Source: Myxococcales bacterium
Lineage (GTDB): Bacteria > Myxococcota_A > Bradymonadia > UBA7976 > UBA1532
DNA: 64,000 nt
Direction of reading: 5' to 3'
Assembly: GCA_020633435.1 (NCBI GenBank)
Contig: JACKDP010000002.1
Location: 567,788 to 631,787 of the forward strand
The position numbers were made by a program, and so were the translations under genes. Every line of letters begins with the position of its first letter. The first letter of the stretch is position 1. The notes below the pieces were generated by a model that was given only the letters and a program-made list of their open reading frames with translations, was not told where the DNA came from and did not search any database. Shown here one piece after another: positions 26,098 through 35,320 of the stretch.

Positions 26098-26958
26098 ATG
26101 TCTCGGCATGTGTGGGGGGTGTGGGCGCTCGTGCTCTTCGCGGCGGGCGCCGCGTCGGCGGACGGGCGGCGGGCGCAGAAGAAGCTGGCCTTCACCCAGG
26201 AGGCGGGGGGCAAGACGCTCCTGCAGGCGTGGAAGCGGGCGGCCCAGAAGCCCCCCACCCTCGTCCGGCTCGCCGACGCCGCGAAGTGCCCGGGGGGCAA
26301 GGGCGTGTGCGTCGAGGTCTGCACCGACGCCGGCGCGAAGTGCCGCTTCGAGGCGCGCCGTCCGGCGGCGCTCGGGGCGGCGGCGAAGGACGCCGGCTAC
26401 GTCTGCAACGCCCAGCGCTGCGTCGCGGCCGTCGTCGGCCCGGGGGGCCTGACGCTCCTCGATGCGCCGGGGGGCGGGCGCTTCAGCCGCCTCGTCCAGA
26501 AGGTGGGCGTCGAGGCGTCGGGGGTCGTGGGCGTCATCCCGCCCTTCGTGTGGAAGTGGCTCACGGGCAGCCCGTTCTGCTGCGAAGACTGCTGGGGCAA
26601 GCACCGGTCCTGGGGCCTGCCCTGCGGGGCTGATTACGCTTGCTGCGCTGGCACTTGCGGCATGCAGCCCGGCTGCGGCGGGGGCGGCGGCGGTGGCGGG
26701 GGCGCGGCCGGCGGCTCGGGTGGGACGGGCGGCGGCGGCGGCAACGGCGGTGAGACCTGCGGCGCCGCCCGCGAGGTGCAGGGGGTGACCGTCACCATGC
26801 AGACCGGCCAGCAGTGCTACTTCGATGGCACCGTCCAGCCCACGATGGTCGGCGGGAAGTGCGTCGACGTGGCCGGCGAGGGCGTCTACTACGGCTGCTC
26901 GGGCGAGGTGATCATCGAGGTCGAGGAGCCCGTCGAGGTCGAGACCCCGGACCCCTGA
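26098..26958 (+). CDS. secreted Cys-rich protein with poly-Gly linker
   Basis: Signal peptide MSRHVWGVWALVLFAAGAASADG. Cys-rich modules flank a GGGGGGGGGAAGGSGGTGGGGGNGG linker. Confidence 0.5.
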   Translation: MSRHVWGVWALVLFAAGAASADGRRAQKKLAFTQEAGGKTLLQAWKRAAQKPPTLVRLADAAKCPGGKGVCVEVCTDAGAKCRFEARRPAALGAAAKDAGYVCNAQRCVAAVVGPGGLTLLDAPGGGRFSRLVQKVGVEASGVVGVIPPFVWKWLTGSPFCCEDCWGKHRSWGLPCGADYACCAGTCGMQPGCGGGGGGGGGAAGGSGGTGGGGGNGGETCGAAREVQGVTVTMQTGQQCYFDGTVQPTMVGGKCVDVAGEGVYYGCSGEVIIEVEEPVEVETPDP

Positions 26959-27053
26959 TCGGGGACCCCCCGAAAATCTGGTGGTGCCCGCGTCGCCGAG
27001 GCGCCGGGAGGATGACCGCCGGCCGGTCCTCCCTCCCCGGCCTCGGAGGTCTC

Positions 27054-29945
27054 ATGCGCTCGACCCTGCGCACCGCGCTCCTCGCCCTCGCCCTGGCCCC
27101 CACCGGCGCGAGCGCCCTCAGCCTGCAGGACTGCGTCCCCAGCCAGGCGTCCCCCGGCGCCATGCTGCCCATCGGCGCGCCCGGCGACGACGGCTACCTG
27201 TACCGGAGCGTGCTCTACCAGTTCCTCCAGACCACCCAGCTCGCCGACGTCAGCTACCCGGCGACGTGGTGGCCGGCCGTCACGGCGTTCTCCCAGAACA
27301 CCGCCCTGCTGCAGATGCCGCCGATCGCCTACGGCGTCTACACCTACGTCTTCGGCAGCGGCACGCTGAACGCCGCCCAGCAGCCCGTGCCGGGCAACGG
27401 CTACGAGGGCATCTGCAAGGCCGACTGGAGCCAGGCAGCGCCGACCCTGACCGCCACCGACCGCCTGCAGATCGAGCAGCTCCTGCTCATGACCGTCCAG
27501 TACGGCATCGTGCCCGACCTCACCTACCGCTGCCTCTTCGAGCCCGCCATCTTCGAGCTCTCGTACATCGAGGACGTCGCCCGCTGCGAGGCCCGCGTGC
27601 CGGCGTTCCACGACCACTCGACGCTGACGTGGCTCATGCAGTGGGACTACCCCGGCAACATCTTCCGGCTCGCGCCGGACGTGACGCTGCGCCGCTTCGC
27701 CACCCACCTGGCCTTGCAGCTCATCCAGCTCGACTGGGCCGTCTGGCAGGGCGGGCCGGCGTCAGCGCCCATGACGGTGCCCTACCCGCCCCAGGGCACG
27801 CCCCCGGCCAACGGGGAGGTCTTCCCCCACCCGGGCCCCCTGAACGCCAACCACTACCCGTCCGGGGTGGGCAACCTCGCGGGGGACGACCTGGCGGACC
27901 GGCTGGTGCTGCTCGCCCGCATCTACGCGTGGGCCGACGAGGCCCAGCCAGCCTGGCTGACGCCCGGCCTGAAGGCGGCGTTCCAGGAGGGCCTCGCGCG
28001 CAACGGCGAGCGCCTGGCCCGCATGAACGTGCTGGGCATGCACACAAACCGGGCCTTCCAGGCCGTCCACGCCCTGGCCGCCATCAAGGCGGCGCTGGTG
28101 GGAACGTCCTGGCAGAACGCCGCGGTCGGGTGGCACAACCGGACGCTGGAGCGCTTCCTCGACGTCTTCCGGGAGGCCGGCTACTACGGCGACGATGATG
28201 GCCTCTACGACGCGGCCTACAACCGCTACGGCCTGCTGCACACCGTCCGGGCGCTGGTGCAGGACCCCGGCACGATCCTCGCCAACGTCGTCCGCCTGAC
28301 CGATCAGGCCCGCAAGCTGGGCAACCTGGAGGCGCACCTGACGTTCACCGACCGGACGGGCATCCACACCTCGCCCTCCGGCATGAGCGTGCGGACGGGC
28401 GCCGGGGTGGCGGGCCGCAGCCGCCGCGTCGTCGCGAGCGCCGACTTCGGCGTCAACCAGCTCGCCGCCCACGCCTTCGGGGTGCCCTACGCCTACGCCC
28501 GCGCCCGCGACCTGTCCCACGTCGGGCCCTACGACGCGGGCGGCTTCGCCGGCGCGGTGGACGCGCGCACGAACAACCCGGCCTACGAGGCCGACCTGGC
28601 CTGCTACGTCCACCCGAACTTCGACGCCTTCCCCTGGCTGCCCCAGCTCACCCCGCCGCCGCTGCCCCAGCAGACGGAGGACGGCCTGAGCGGCTGGTAC
28701 CGCCAGTACGGCACCCCGGTGCACGCGGTGGAGCAGCTCGCCCCGGGCTCCCTGCAGGCCTACGCCGACGCCCTCGACCAGGACCCGGGCGCGCCCCTGC
28801 TGCCCTTCGAGGAGGCGGGGCCGCATCTCGCTGATTTCGATGGGGAATTCGTCTTCGCCAAGTTCGGCGGGGCGGGCGTGTACTTCGAAGGCGCGCCGGG
28901 CGGGCCGAGCTTCGATGCCTACCAGCCGGCCAGCGCGCGCGACTACGCGGCGGTGGTGCACCTGGGCCCCGTCTCGCCGGGCCACAACGTCCCCCCCTGC
29001 GGCGAGAGCAACCCTCATGGCTACGGCGGCGGGCAGCTCGCGACGCTCTGGGCGCCCGGCGGCGGCCTGTTCTCGATGACGCGCCGCAAGGGCTACAACA
29101 ACGACTGCGAGTCCTGGCAGCACGGCGAGTGGACGGCCATCGCCCTGCACCACGTGGCGCTGCTCGACACCGCCGAGCGCGTCGCCACCAGCGCCCGCAT
29201 CCCCCTGCCCGCCACCTTCACCGCGTTCACGGCGGGCGCCCTGCCGTCCGGCGCCGACCGCGACTTCCTGGACGACGGCGCCGCCGGCATCGCGGGCCTC
29301 GCGACGCTGCCGGCGGATCAGGCCGACCACGCCTTCCTGGAGGCCGCCGGGCCGTTCTCGAGCCAGCGCTACCCCACCGACGGCAGCCTCGTGGAGACCG
29401 CGGCCACCCCCATCGACTACCGGCGGCGCTTCGTCCTCGGCGAGGGCGGCGTGACGGTGCGCACCGAGCTGCTGACCCAGACGGTCATCATGCCCACGGA
29501 GCGCCAGGGCCAGCCGGTGAAGCAGAAGGAGTACCCGCAGCCCATGCCGAAGGTCTTCCAGGCCTGGGAGATCTTGCCCCTCGGGACGGCGGAGGGGCCG
29601 ACGGCGACCGGGCACGTCGCCACCGACATCACCCTCATCACCGCCCAGGGCGCCGAGGTGGGCGTGCCGGGCCCCTCGCCGTCCTCGGAGGCCGTGGCCT
29701 ACGCCGACATCAAGTACGTCGTCGTCACGCGCGAGGCCGGGACGCTGACCATCGAGTTCGCGAGCCCCCAGACCATCGCCTTCTCGGAGGACTACACCGC
29801 CTTCGGGGGCGACACCCCGTCGCGCAACCTGATGGTCGACCTGACCCCGAGCCGCCTCTCCAGCGCCAACGTCCTGGCGGCGGCGCCCCAGGCCGAGGTG
29901 CTGCAGCCCGTCGTGGTGGAGTACACCCTGCGCGCCTCGCTGTAG
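27054..29945 (+). CDS. large secreted hypothetical protein (963 aa)
   Basis: The ATG at 27054 has GGAGG 5 nt upstream. MRSTLRTALLALALAPTGASALSLQDC signal peptide. Consistent coding composition, no recognised catalytic motif. The track ORF from 26814 is 5' read-through. Confidence 0.55.
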   Translation: MRSTLRTALLALALAPTGASALSLQDCVPSQASPGAMLPIGAPGDDGYLYRSVLYQFLQTTQLADVSYPATWWPAVTAFSQNTALLQMPPIAYGVYTYVFGSGTLNAAQQPVPGNGYEGICKADWSQAAPTLTATDRLQIEQLLLMTVQYGIVPDLTYRCLFEPAIFELSYIEDVARCEARVPAFHDHSTLTWLMQWDYPGNIFRLAPDVTLRRFATHLALQLIQLDWAVWQGGPASAPMTVPYPPQGTPPANGEVFPHPGPLNANHYPSGVGNLAGDDLADRLVLLARIYAWADEAQPAWLTPGLKAAFQEGLARNGERLARMNVLGMHTNRAFQAVHALAAIKAALVGTSWQNAAVGWHNRTLERFLDVFREAGYYGDDDGLYDAAYNRYGLLHTVRALVQDPGTILANVVRLTDQARKLGNLEAHLTFTDRTGIHTSPSGMSVRTGAGVAGRSRRVVASADFGVNQLAAHAFGVPYAYARARDLSHVGPYDAGGFAGAVDARTNNPAYEADLACYVHPNFDAFPWLPQLTPPPLPQQTEDGLSGWYRQYGTPVHAVEQLAPGSLQAYADALDQDPGAPLLPFEEAGPHLADFDGEFVFAKFGGAGVYFEGAPGGPSFDAYQPASARDYAAVVHLGPVSPGHNVPPCGESNPHGYGGGQLATLWAPGGGLFSMTRRKGYNNDCESWQHGEWTAIALHHVALLDTAERVATSARIPLPATFTAFTAGALPSGADRDFLDDGAAGIAGLATLPADQADHAFLEAAGPFSSQRYPTDGSLVETAATPIDYRRRFVLGEGGVTVRTELLTQTVIMPTERQGQPVKQKEYPQPMPKVFQAWEILPLGTAEGPTATGHVATDITLITAQGAEVGVPGPSPSSEAVAYADIKYVVVTREAGTLTIEFASPQTIAFSEDYTAFGGDTPSRNLMVDLTPSRLSSANVLAAAPQAEVLQPVVVEYTLRASL

Positions 29946-30015
29946 CCCCCGGCGCCCCGCTGTACGGCTCTGCGGGCCTCCGCTACCGTGGAGCGAGACC
30001 GCCCACGGAGCCGCC

Positions 30016-31105
30016 ATGCGCGCCCTCGCCCTGCTCGCCCTCCTCAGCTCGCCGGCCTGGGCCGACCAGCTCCGCCTGACCGGCCTCCTGCGCGACTTCA
30101 CCGACGCCCACCCCGACTTCGAGGCCGAGCTCGGCTCGGATCGGGGCATCGTCGAGGACCGCCTCGGCGCCGATGGCAAGCCCGTCTACGCGCCGGCTGA
30201 CCGCAGCGACACCACCCATGGCCGGGCCGCCTTCGACCAGTGGTACCGCGACGTGCCGCAGGTCAACCAGCGCGCCCCCATCGTGCTCACCCTCGTCAAT
30301 TCTCCCGCAGATCCGCACATCTACACGTTCCGCGACCTGGACTTCTTCCCCATCGACGGCCAGCTCCTGGGCGACCAGGGGCGCGACCACAACTTCCACT
30401 TCACCGTCGAGCTGCACACCACCTTCGTCTACGAGGGCGGCGAGGTGCTGACGTTCGAGGGGGATGACGACCTCTGGGTGTTCGTGAACGGGCGGCGCGT
30501 CATCGACCTGGGCGGCGTGCACGGCGTCGAGACGGAGACGGCCGACTTCGACGCCCTCGCCGGCGCCATCGGGCTGCAGCGCGGCCAGACCTACCCGCTC
30601 GATCTCTTCTTCGCGGAGCGGCACACCAGCGAGTCCCACTTCACCCTCTCGACGACGGTGCGCTTCGAGGACGCGGGCGACCCGAACGACCCCGGCGGGG
30701 GCGGCGCCGGGGGCGGGGGGGCTGGCGGGGCCGGCGGGGCCGGCGCCGGGGGCGGCGCGGGCGAGCCCGGTGGCGGCCCCCGCGAGGATCCCTGCCTGGG
30801 GGATCCCACCTGCGTCATCCCATGCAGCGATGGCGAGTGCCCCTACGAGCGCGTCTGCCGCGACGAGCGCTGCGTGGATCCCTGCGAGGGGGTGGCCTGC
30901 GGCGCCGGCGAGACCTGCCAGCGCGGCGCCTGCGTGGCGGGGCCTGCGGGGCGGACGCCGGCTCTGCGCCGCCTCGGCCGCGGCGGACGCCGGGTCGGGC
31001 GCCGACGGCGACGGCGGCGGCTGTACGCAGGCCCCCGCCCCCCCGGCCGGCCTGGCCGCCCTCGCGCTCCTCCTCGCCCTGCGGCGTCGGCGGCGCCCCG
31101 CTTGA
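30016..31105 (+). CDS. fibro-slime (PA14-like) domain secreted protein with Gly-rich linker, Cys-rich module and MYXO-CTERM-like tail; body and tail are in different frames (frameshift/indel near 30935-30990)
   Basis: Signal peptide MRALALLALLSSPAWA. Fibro-slime-like motifs: LTGLLRDFTDAHPDFE, DGKPVY, FDQWYRD, FFPIDGQLLGD, DDLWVFVNGRRVIDLGGVHG, LDLFFAERHTSESHFTLSTT. The tail ...GDGGGCTQAPAPPAGLAALALLLALRRRRRPA* is in the +1 frame (track ORF 30770..31105), whereas the body frame reads through to 31224 with Arg-rich nonsense. Confidence 0.55.
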
Positions 31106-31160
31106 CACCGCCGCGGGGGCCGTCTACTCCCTCACCCCACCCTGCGTGGAGATCCCCTGC

Positions 31161-31862
31161 ATGCCTCAGAGCCTCGACGTGCTGCTCTTCGCCGCCGTCT
31201 CCGTCGCCGGCCTCCACACCCTGATCGGCATCGACCACACGCTGCCCTTCGTCGCCCTCGGCCGCGCCCGGGGCTGGTCGCTGCGCCGCATCCTGGCCGT
31301 CACCGCCCTGTGCGGCCTGGGCCATGTGCTCTCTTCGGTGGTCCTGGGCGTGGTGGGCATCGGCCTGGGCACCGCCCTGGAGCAGCTCTCCTGGATCGAA
31401 TCGAGCCGCGGCGAGCTGGCCGCCTGGCTGCTCATCGCCTTCGGCCTGGCCTACGCCGGCGGGGCCCTCCTGCGCCGCGCCGGCCGCCAGCCCGGCCGGC
31501 ACGAGCTGCACAGCCACGGCGACGCCCTGGTGCACGCCCACCCCCACGCGCCAGGCCATGGCCACGCCCGCAGCGCGGCCTCCGTCACCGTCTGGAGCCT
31601 CTTCATCATCTTCGTGCTGGGTCCCTGCGAGCCGCTCATCCCGCTGCTGATGGCCCCGGCCGTGGAGCATGGGGCCGGCGCCGTCGTGCTCGTGGCGTCG
31701 GTCTTCGGCGCCGTCACCATCGGCACCATGCTCGTGGTCGTGACGCTGCTGCACCACGGCCTCAAGCTCGCCGCCCTCCAGGGCCTCGAGCGGCACGCCC
31801 ACGTCCTCGCCGGCCTGGCCATCGCGGCCTCGGGCGTCGCCATCCAGAGCCTCGGGATCTAG
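31161..31862 (+). CDS. NicO/RcnA-like nickel/cobalt efflux membrane protein with His-rich loop
   Basis: Multiple TM segments and a central HELHSHGDALVHAHPHAPGHGHARS His-rich loop. VLGPCEPLIPLL resembles the RcnA GGLIPCPAA motif. The N-terminal LIGIDHTLPF resembles HGLEPGHS. Confidence 0.5.
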   Translation: MPQSLDVLLFAAVSVAGLHTLIGIDHTLPFVALGRARGWSLRRILAVTALCGLGHVLSSVVLGVVGIGLGTALEQLSWIESSRGELAAWLLIAFGLAYAGGALLRRAGRQPGRHELHSHGDALVHAHPHAPGHGHARSAASVTVWSLFIIFVLGPCEPLIPLLMAPAVEHGAGAVVLVASVFGAVTIGTMLVVVTLLHHGLKLAALQGLERHAHVLAGLAIAASGVAIQSLGI

Positions 31863-32897
31863 GTGCGCGTCCTCGTCGTCGGCGGCGCGGGCTACTACGG
31901 CCGGCGGGTGCTCGCCGCCCTCGCCCAGGTGCCCGGCGTCGAGGCCCACGCGGCCGGGCGGCGCGGCCCCGTCATCGTGGATCTGGCTGATTCTACGACG
32001 TTTTCTGCGTTCTCCGGCTTCGACGCCGTGGTCGGCTGCCACGACAGCGTTGGGGTGGCCAGCGACGCCGCGGTGGCCTGGTGCGTGGCGCAGGGCCTCG
32101 TCTGGCTCGACATGGGCGCCGACGCCCAGAGCGTGGAGCGGCTGCTGGCCCTTGAGCCGGCGGGGCCGGGCCTCGCGCTCGTCGGCGTGGGCCTCTTCCC
32201 GGGCCTGAGCACGGCGCTGGCCGTCGAGGCCGCCAGCGCGACCGGGCGCCCCGACCGCGTCGAGATCGGCGTGCGCCTCGCCGCGCTCTCGGGGGCGGGC
32301 CGGGGCCTCTGCGATCTGATGGTGGCGCTGCTGGCCCGGCCGTCGGTCTGGACGCTGGGGGGCCGGCGCCTCACGGGGCCGGCGCTCGGCCCGGGCCGCT
32401 ACGTCGACTTCCTGGGCGCCGGGCCCGCCTGGGCGCGCCGGGTGGGGCTGGCGGACGCCCCCCTGCTGCCCGCCGCCACCGGGGCCGGCGACGCCGCCAT
32501 CCGGCTGGCGCTGCGGCCGCGCTGGCTGGGCCCCCTGCTCGTGCTGGCGGCGGGCATGGTGCGGCTCGCCGGCCCGCTGCGGCCGGCCCTGCTCCGCGTC
32601 ATCGGCTGGCAGCTGCGCCTGGTCCGCGGCTGGCTGCTGAAGCGCCGCCCCGCGACGGTCGAGATCACCGCCGTCGCCGAGCCCGGCGGCGCCACCGCGC
32701 GCCTCGCCTGCCCGGACGGCCAGCGCGCCACCGCGGCCGCCGTGGCGGCCACCATCGCGTTGCTGCAGGCCGAGAAGCGCCGCCCCGCCGGGCTGCACCC
32801 CCTCACGGACGTACTGCCCCCCGACGCGCTGCTGCGCGCGACCCAGGCCCTCGACGCCAGCGTCGTCGTGGAGCTGCCGTCAGTCGGCGGGCGCTGA
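31863..32897 (+). CDS. NAD(P)-binding Rossmann protein, saccharopine dehydrogenase-like
   Basis: The GTG start immediately follows the previous stop. VRVLVVGGAGYYGRRV glycine-rich dinucleotide loop. Confidence 0.5.
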   Translation: MRVLVVGGAGYYGRRVLAALAQVPGVEAHAAGRRGPVIVDLADSTTFSAFSGFDAVVGCHDSVGVASDAAVAWCVAQGLVWLDMGADAQSVERLLALEPAGPGLALVGVGLFPGLSTALAVEAASATGRPDRVEIGVRLAALSGAGRGLCDLMVALLARPSVWTLGGRRLTGPALGPGRYVDFLGAGPAWARRVGLADAPLLPAATGAGDAAIRLALRPRWLGPLLVLAAGMVRLAGPLRPALLRVIGWQLRLVRGWLLKRRPATVEITAVAEPGGATARLACPDGQRATAAAVAATIALLQAEKRRPAGLHPLTDVLPPDALLRATQALDASVVVELPSVGGR

Positions 32898-33677
32898 GGC
32901 CGCCCACGTCACGGGCGCCGGCAGGCCCTCGCGGAACACCACCATCTCGCCAGGCGCCATGCGGTGCCAGACCTCCTGCCGGGTGAGCGGCTGGGTGGCC
33001 ACGATGGTCACGATGTCGTTGGGCGTCGTCTCCTGCTTGAAGTCGACGCTGACCTCGGTGTCGAGCAGCCGCGCCACGCCGAACGGGGCGCGCCGCGTGA
33101 TCCAGCAGAGCTTCGTGGTGCAGTACGCGAACAGGTGGGTCGCGTCGCTCAGCAGCATGTTGAAGGTGCCGTGGCCCCGCAGCTCCTCGGCCAGGCCATA
33201 GACGAAGCGGTGCAGGCTCGCGGGCCGCCGCGGCGGCTTCGGGAAGCGCGTGCGGATGGCGTCGAGCAGCCAGCAGAAGGCGTGCTCCGAGTCGGTGGTG
33301 CCCACCGGCTGGTAGAAGCCGAGGGGCCGGTCCTTCACGCCGGGGAGCTTGCCGTTGTGGGCGAAGCACCAGTGGCGGCCCCAGAGCTCCCGCACGAACG
33401 GGTGGGTGTTGGCCAGGCAGACGCGGCCGTGGGTGGCCTGGCGCACATGGCTGACCACCACGCAGCTCTTGATGGGGTAGTCGCGCACGAAGGCCGCGAA
33501 GGCCGACTCCGCGCTGGGGGCCGCCTCGTGGAAGGCCCGGCAGGCCCGCCCATCATAGAAGGCGATGCCCCAGCCGTCGGTGTGCGGACCCGTCTTGCCG
33601 CCCCGGACGCTCAGGCCCGTGAAGCTGAAGCAGATGTCCGTCGGAGTGTTGGCGCTCATGCCGAGGAGCTCGCACAT
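32880..33677 (-). CDS. class II glutamine amidotransferase (YafJ-type, N-terminal Cys nucleophile)
   Basis: MCELLGMSAN... N-terminal nucleophile Cys2 pattern, HVRQATHG, HNG motifs. Confidence 0.75.
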   Translation of the reverse strand: MCELLGMSANTPTDICFSFTGLSVRGGKTGPHTDGWGIAFYDGRACRAFHEAAPSAESAFAAFVRDYPIKSCVVVSHVRQATHGRVCLANTHPFVRELWGRHWCFAHNGKLPGVKDRPLGFYQPVGTTDSEHAFCWLLDAIRTRFPKPPRRPASLHRFVYGLAEELRGHGTFNMLLSDATHLFAYCTTKLCWITRRAPFGVARLLDTEVSVDFKQETTPNDIVTIVATQPLTRQEVWHRMAPGEMVVFREGLPAPVTWAASAPAD

Positions 33678-33770
33678 GGCCCCAGTGTACTCCGGGCGGC
33701 CGCGCGGCCCAAGGCCCTTGGCGGGCCGGTCGCGCTGGCGTGGATCCGCCGGTTTCTGCAGTGCTTTCAG

Positions 33771-35320
33771 CTACCTGGGCGGCCCGTCGCCCCGCAGCAG
33801 CGCCAGCAGCAGGGCCGCCGTCTCGCGGTCCGCGAGGAGCGCCCGGCAGCGCGCGCGCAGCTCGGCCTCGTCCTCGATCTCTTCGCCCGTGACCCGGCCG
33901 ACGTGGCGCGCGACCCGCAGCAGATCGGCCAGGGGCAGCGACTCGGTGGCGTCGACGCGCACATGCCGCGACGTCCACGCGGCCGCGGGCGGGGCCTCGG
34001 GCGTCCGCTCCGGCAGCCGCGCGCCCCAGCGGCCCGCGACCCGCGGCCGCACCCGCAGGGGCCGCCCCTCCCGGGTGGTCGAGGCGTCGACGGGCATCCA
34101 GCGCGGCCCCTGGGCCGTCCCCAGCAGCGCCATCGCCCACAGATGATCCGGCTCGTCCACCTGCCCCCGGTCGAAGATCCACCCCGTCGCCACCGCCGCC
34201 GGCACGCCCGCGCGGCGCAGCAGCTCCACGGCCAGCACGTTGAGCTCGTAGCAGACGCCGGCGCCCAGGTGCCGGGCGTCCCGGCCGGCGTGCAGCGCCG
34301 CGAGCTGGGCGTTCTGCCGCCCGCGGCTCAGGCGCCGGAGCCAGCCGGCCAGGCGCGGATCCTCGAAGCGCGCCGGGTCATAGCGGTAGCTGGCGCGGAT
34401 GAAGTCGCGGATGGCGATGGCCCGCTCCAGGGGCGCGATGCCGCTGACGCGATCCACCAGCGCGTGGCACTCGGCGGGCAGCTCGTTGTCGGGGGCCGTC
34501 GGGCGCAGGAGCGTGGCCGGGGCGTCGACGACGTAGGCCGGGCCGAACTCCGGGGCCTGGCCGAGGGCGATCTCGCAGCGCACGTCGGCGTCGCGCGAGG
34601 CGCTGAGGAGCGGCAGGCCGCCCGGGGTGCGGATGACGAGCGCCGCGGGCTGCGCGTCGGCGGAGAGCAGGCGGCCGTGGAGCGGCACCGGCAGGACGGA
34701 CTCGCCCGCGGGCAGCCGGCCCGCCAGGCTCACCCGGTGGCGCGACTCCCCCGCCGCGGCCGACCAGGCCGGATCGATGGCCTCGGCCGTCCAGTGCTGC
34801 GTGCGCGGATCGAAGCGGTCGGCGATGAGCGCCGGGGCGTAGAGCCAGGGCGACGGGAGCTGGCGCGGGGCCGTAGCGAACCCATACGCCGCCGGGCGAC
34901 CCCGGTCCTCCAGCCAGGCCCGCCCGTCGTCGAGCTGCGGGCCCACGTCGCCGCGGGGGCGGAAGAAGCGGTCGTGGCTGGCCTGGAAGGGCCGGCTCGC
35001 GTCGCCCCCCGTGGCGGGGCTGCGGCGCGAAAGGCCGCCGGGCGCGACGGGCGTGGGGGCTGGCGGCGGCGTGGGCTGCGCGGGCGCCTCCGGCGGCGGC
35101 GCCTCGCTCCGGCTCTGGCGGCGCCTCCTCCCCGCCCAGCCACTTGCGGAACCGCGCCAGCAGCCAGGGGCCGAGACGGCCTCCTCGGCGGCCGCCGGGG
35201 TCGCTGGCTCTGGCGGGGCGGCGGCGGGGCCGCGGGGGCGTGGGCGCGGGGTCGGGGCGCTGCCGCCGCGGGGCCGGGCGCGGGCGCTGGGCGCGGCGCG
35301 TCGAGCAGCAGCCGCATGGC
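33771..35320 (-). CDS. C-terminal transglutaminase-like cysteine-protease-fold segment of the giant protein; out of frame with the upstream body
   Basis: From the track ORF 33771..39656, only the last ~500 codons look real: ...RDARHLGAGVCYELNVLAVELLRRAGVPAAVATGWIF...DHLWAMAL is a transglutaminase-core (G.C....L.....LR..G.PAR...G) signature. The upstream part of that ORF is G/R/P nonsense antisense-frame material. Confidence 0.5.

Noticed and set aside
30016-31224. Reading the fibro-slime ORF through to 31224 as one intact gene
   Set aside because: The last ~90 codons in that frame are RRRRRR/PRP nonsense, whereas a clean MYXO-CTERM-like tail with stop is in the +1 frame. A frame break is therefore more parsimonious than a 402-aa intact product.
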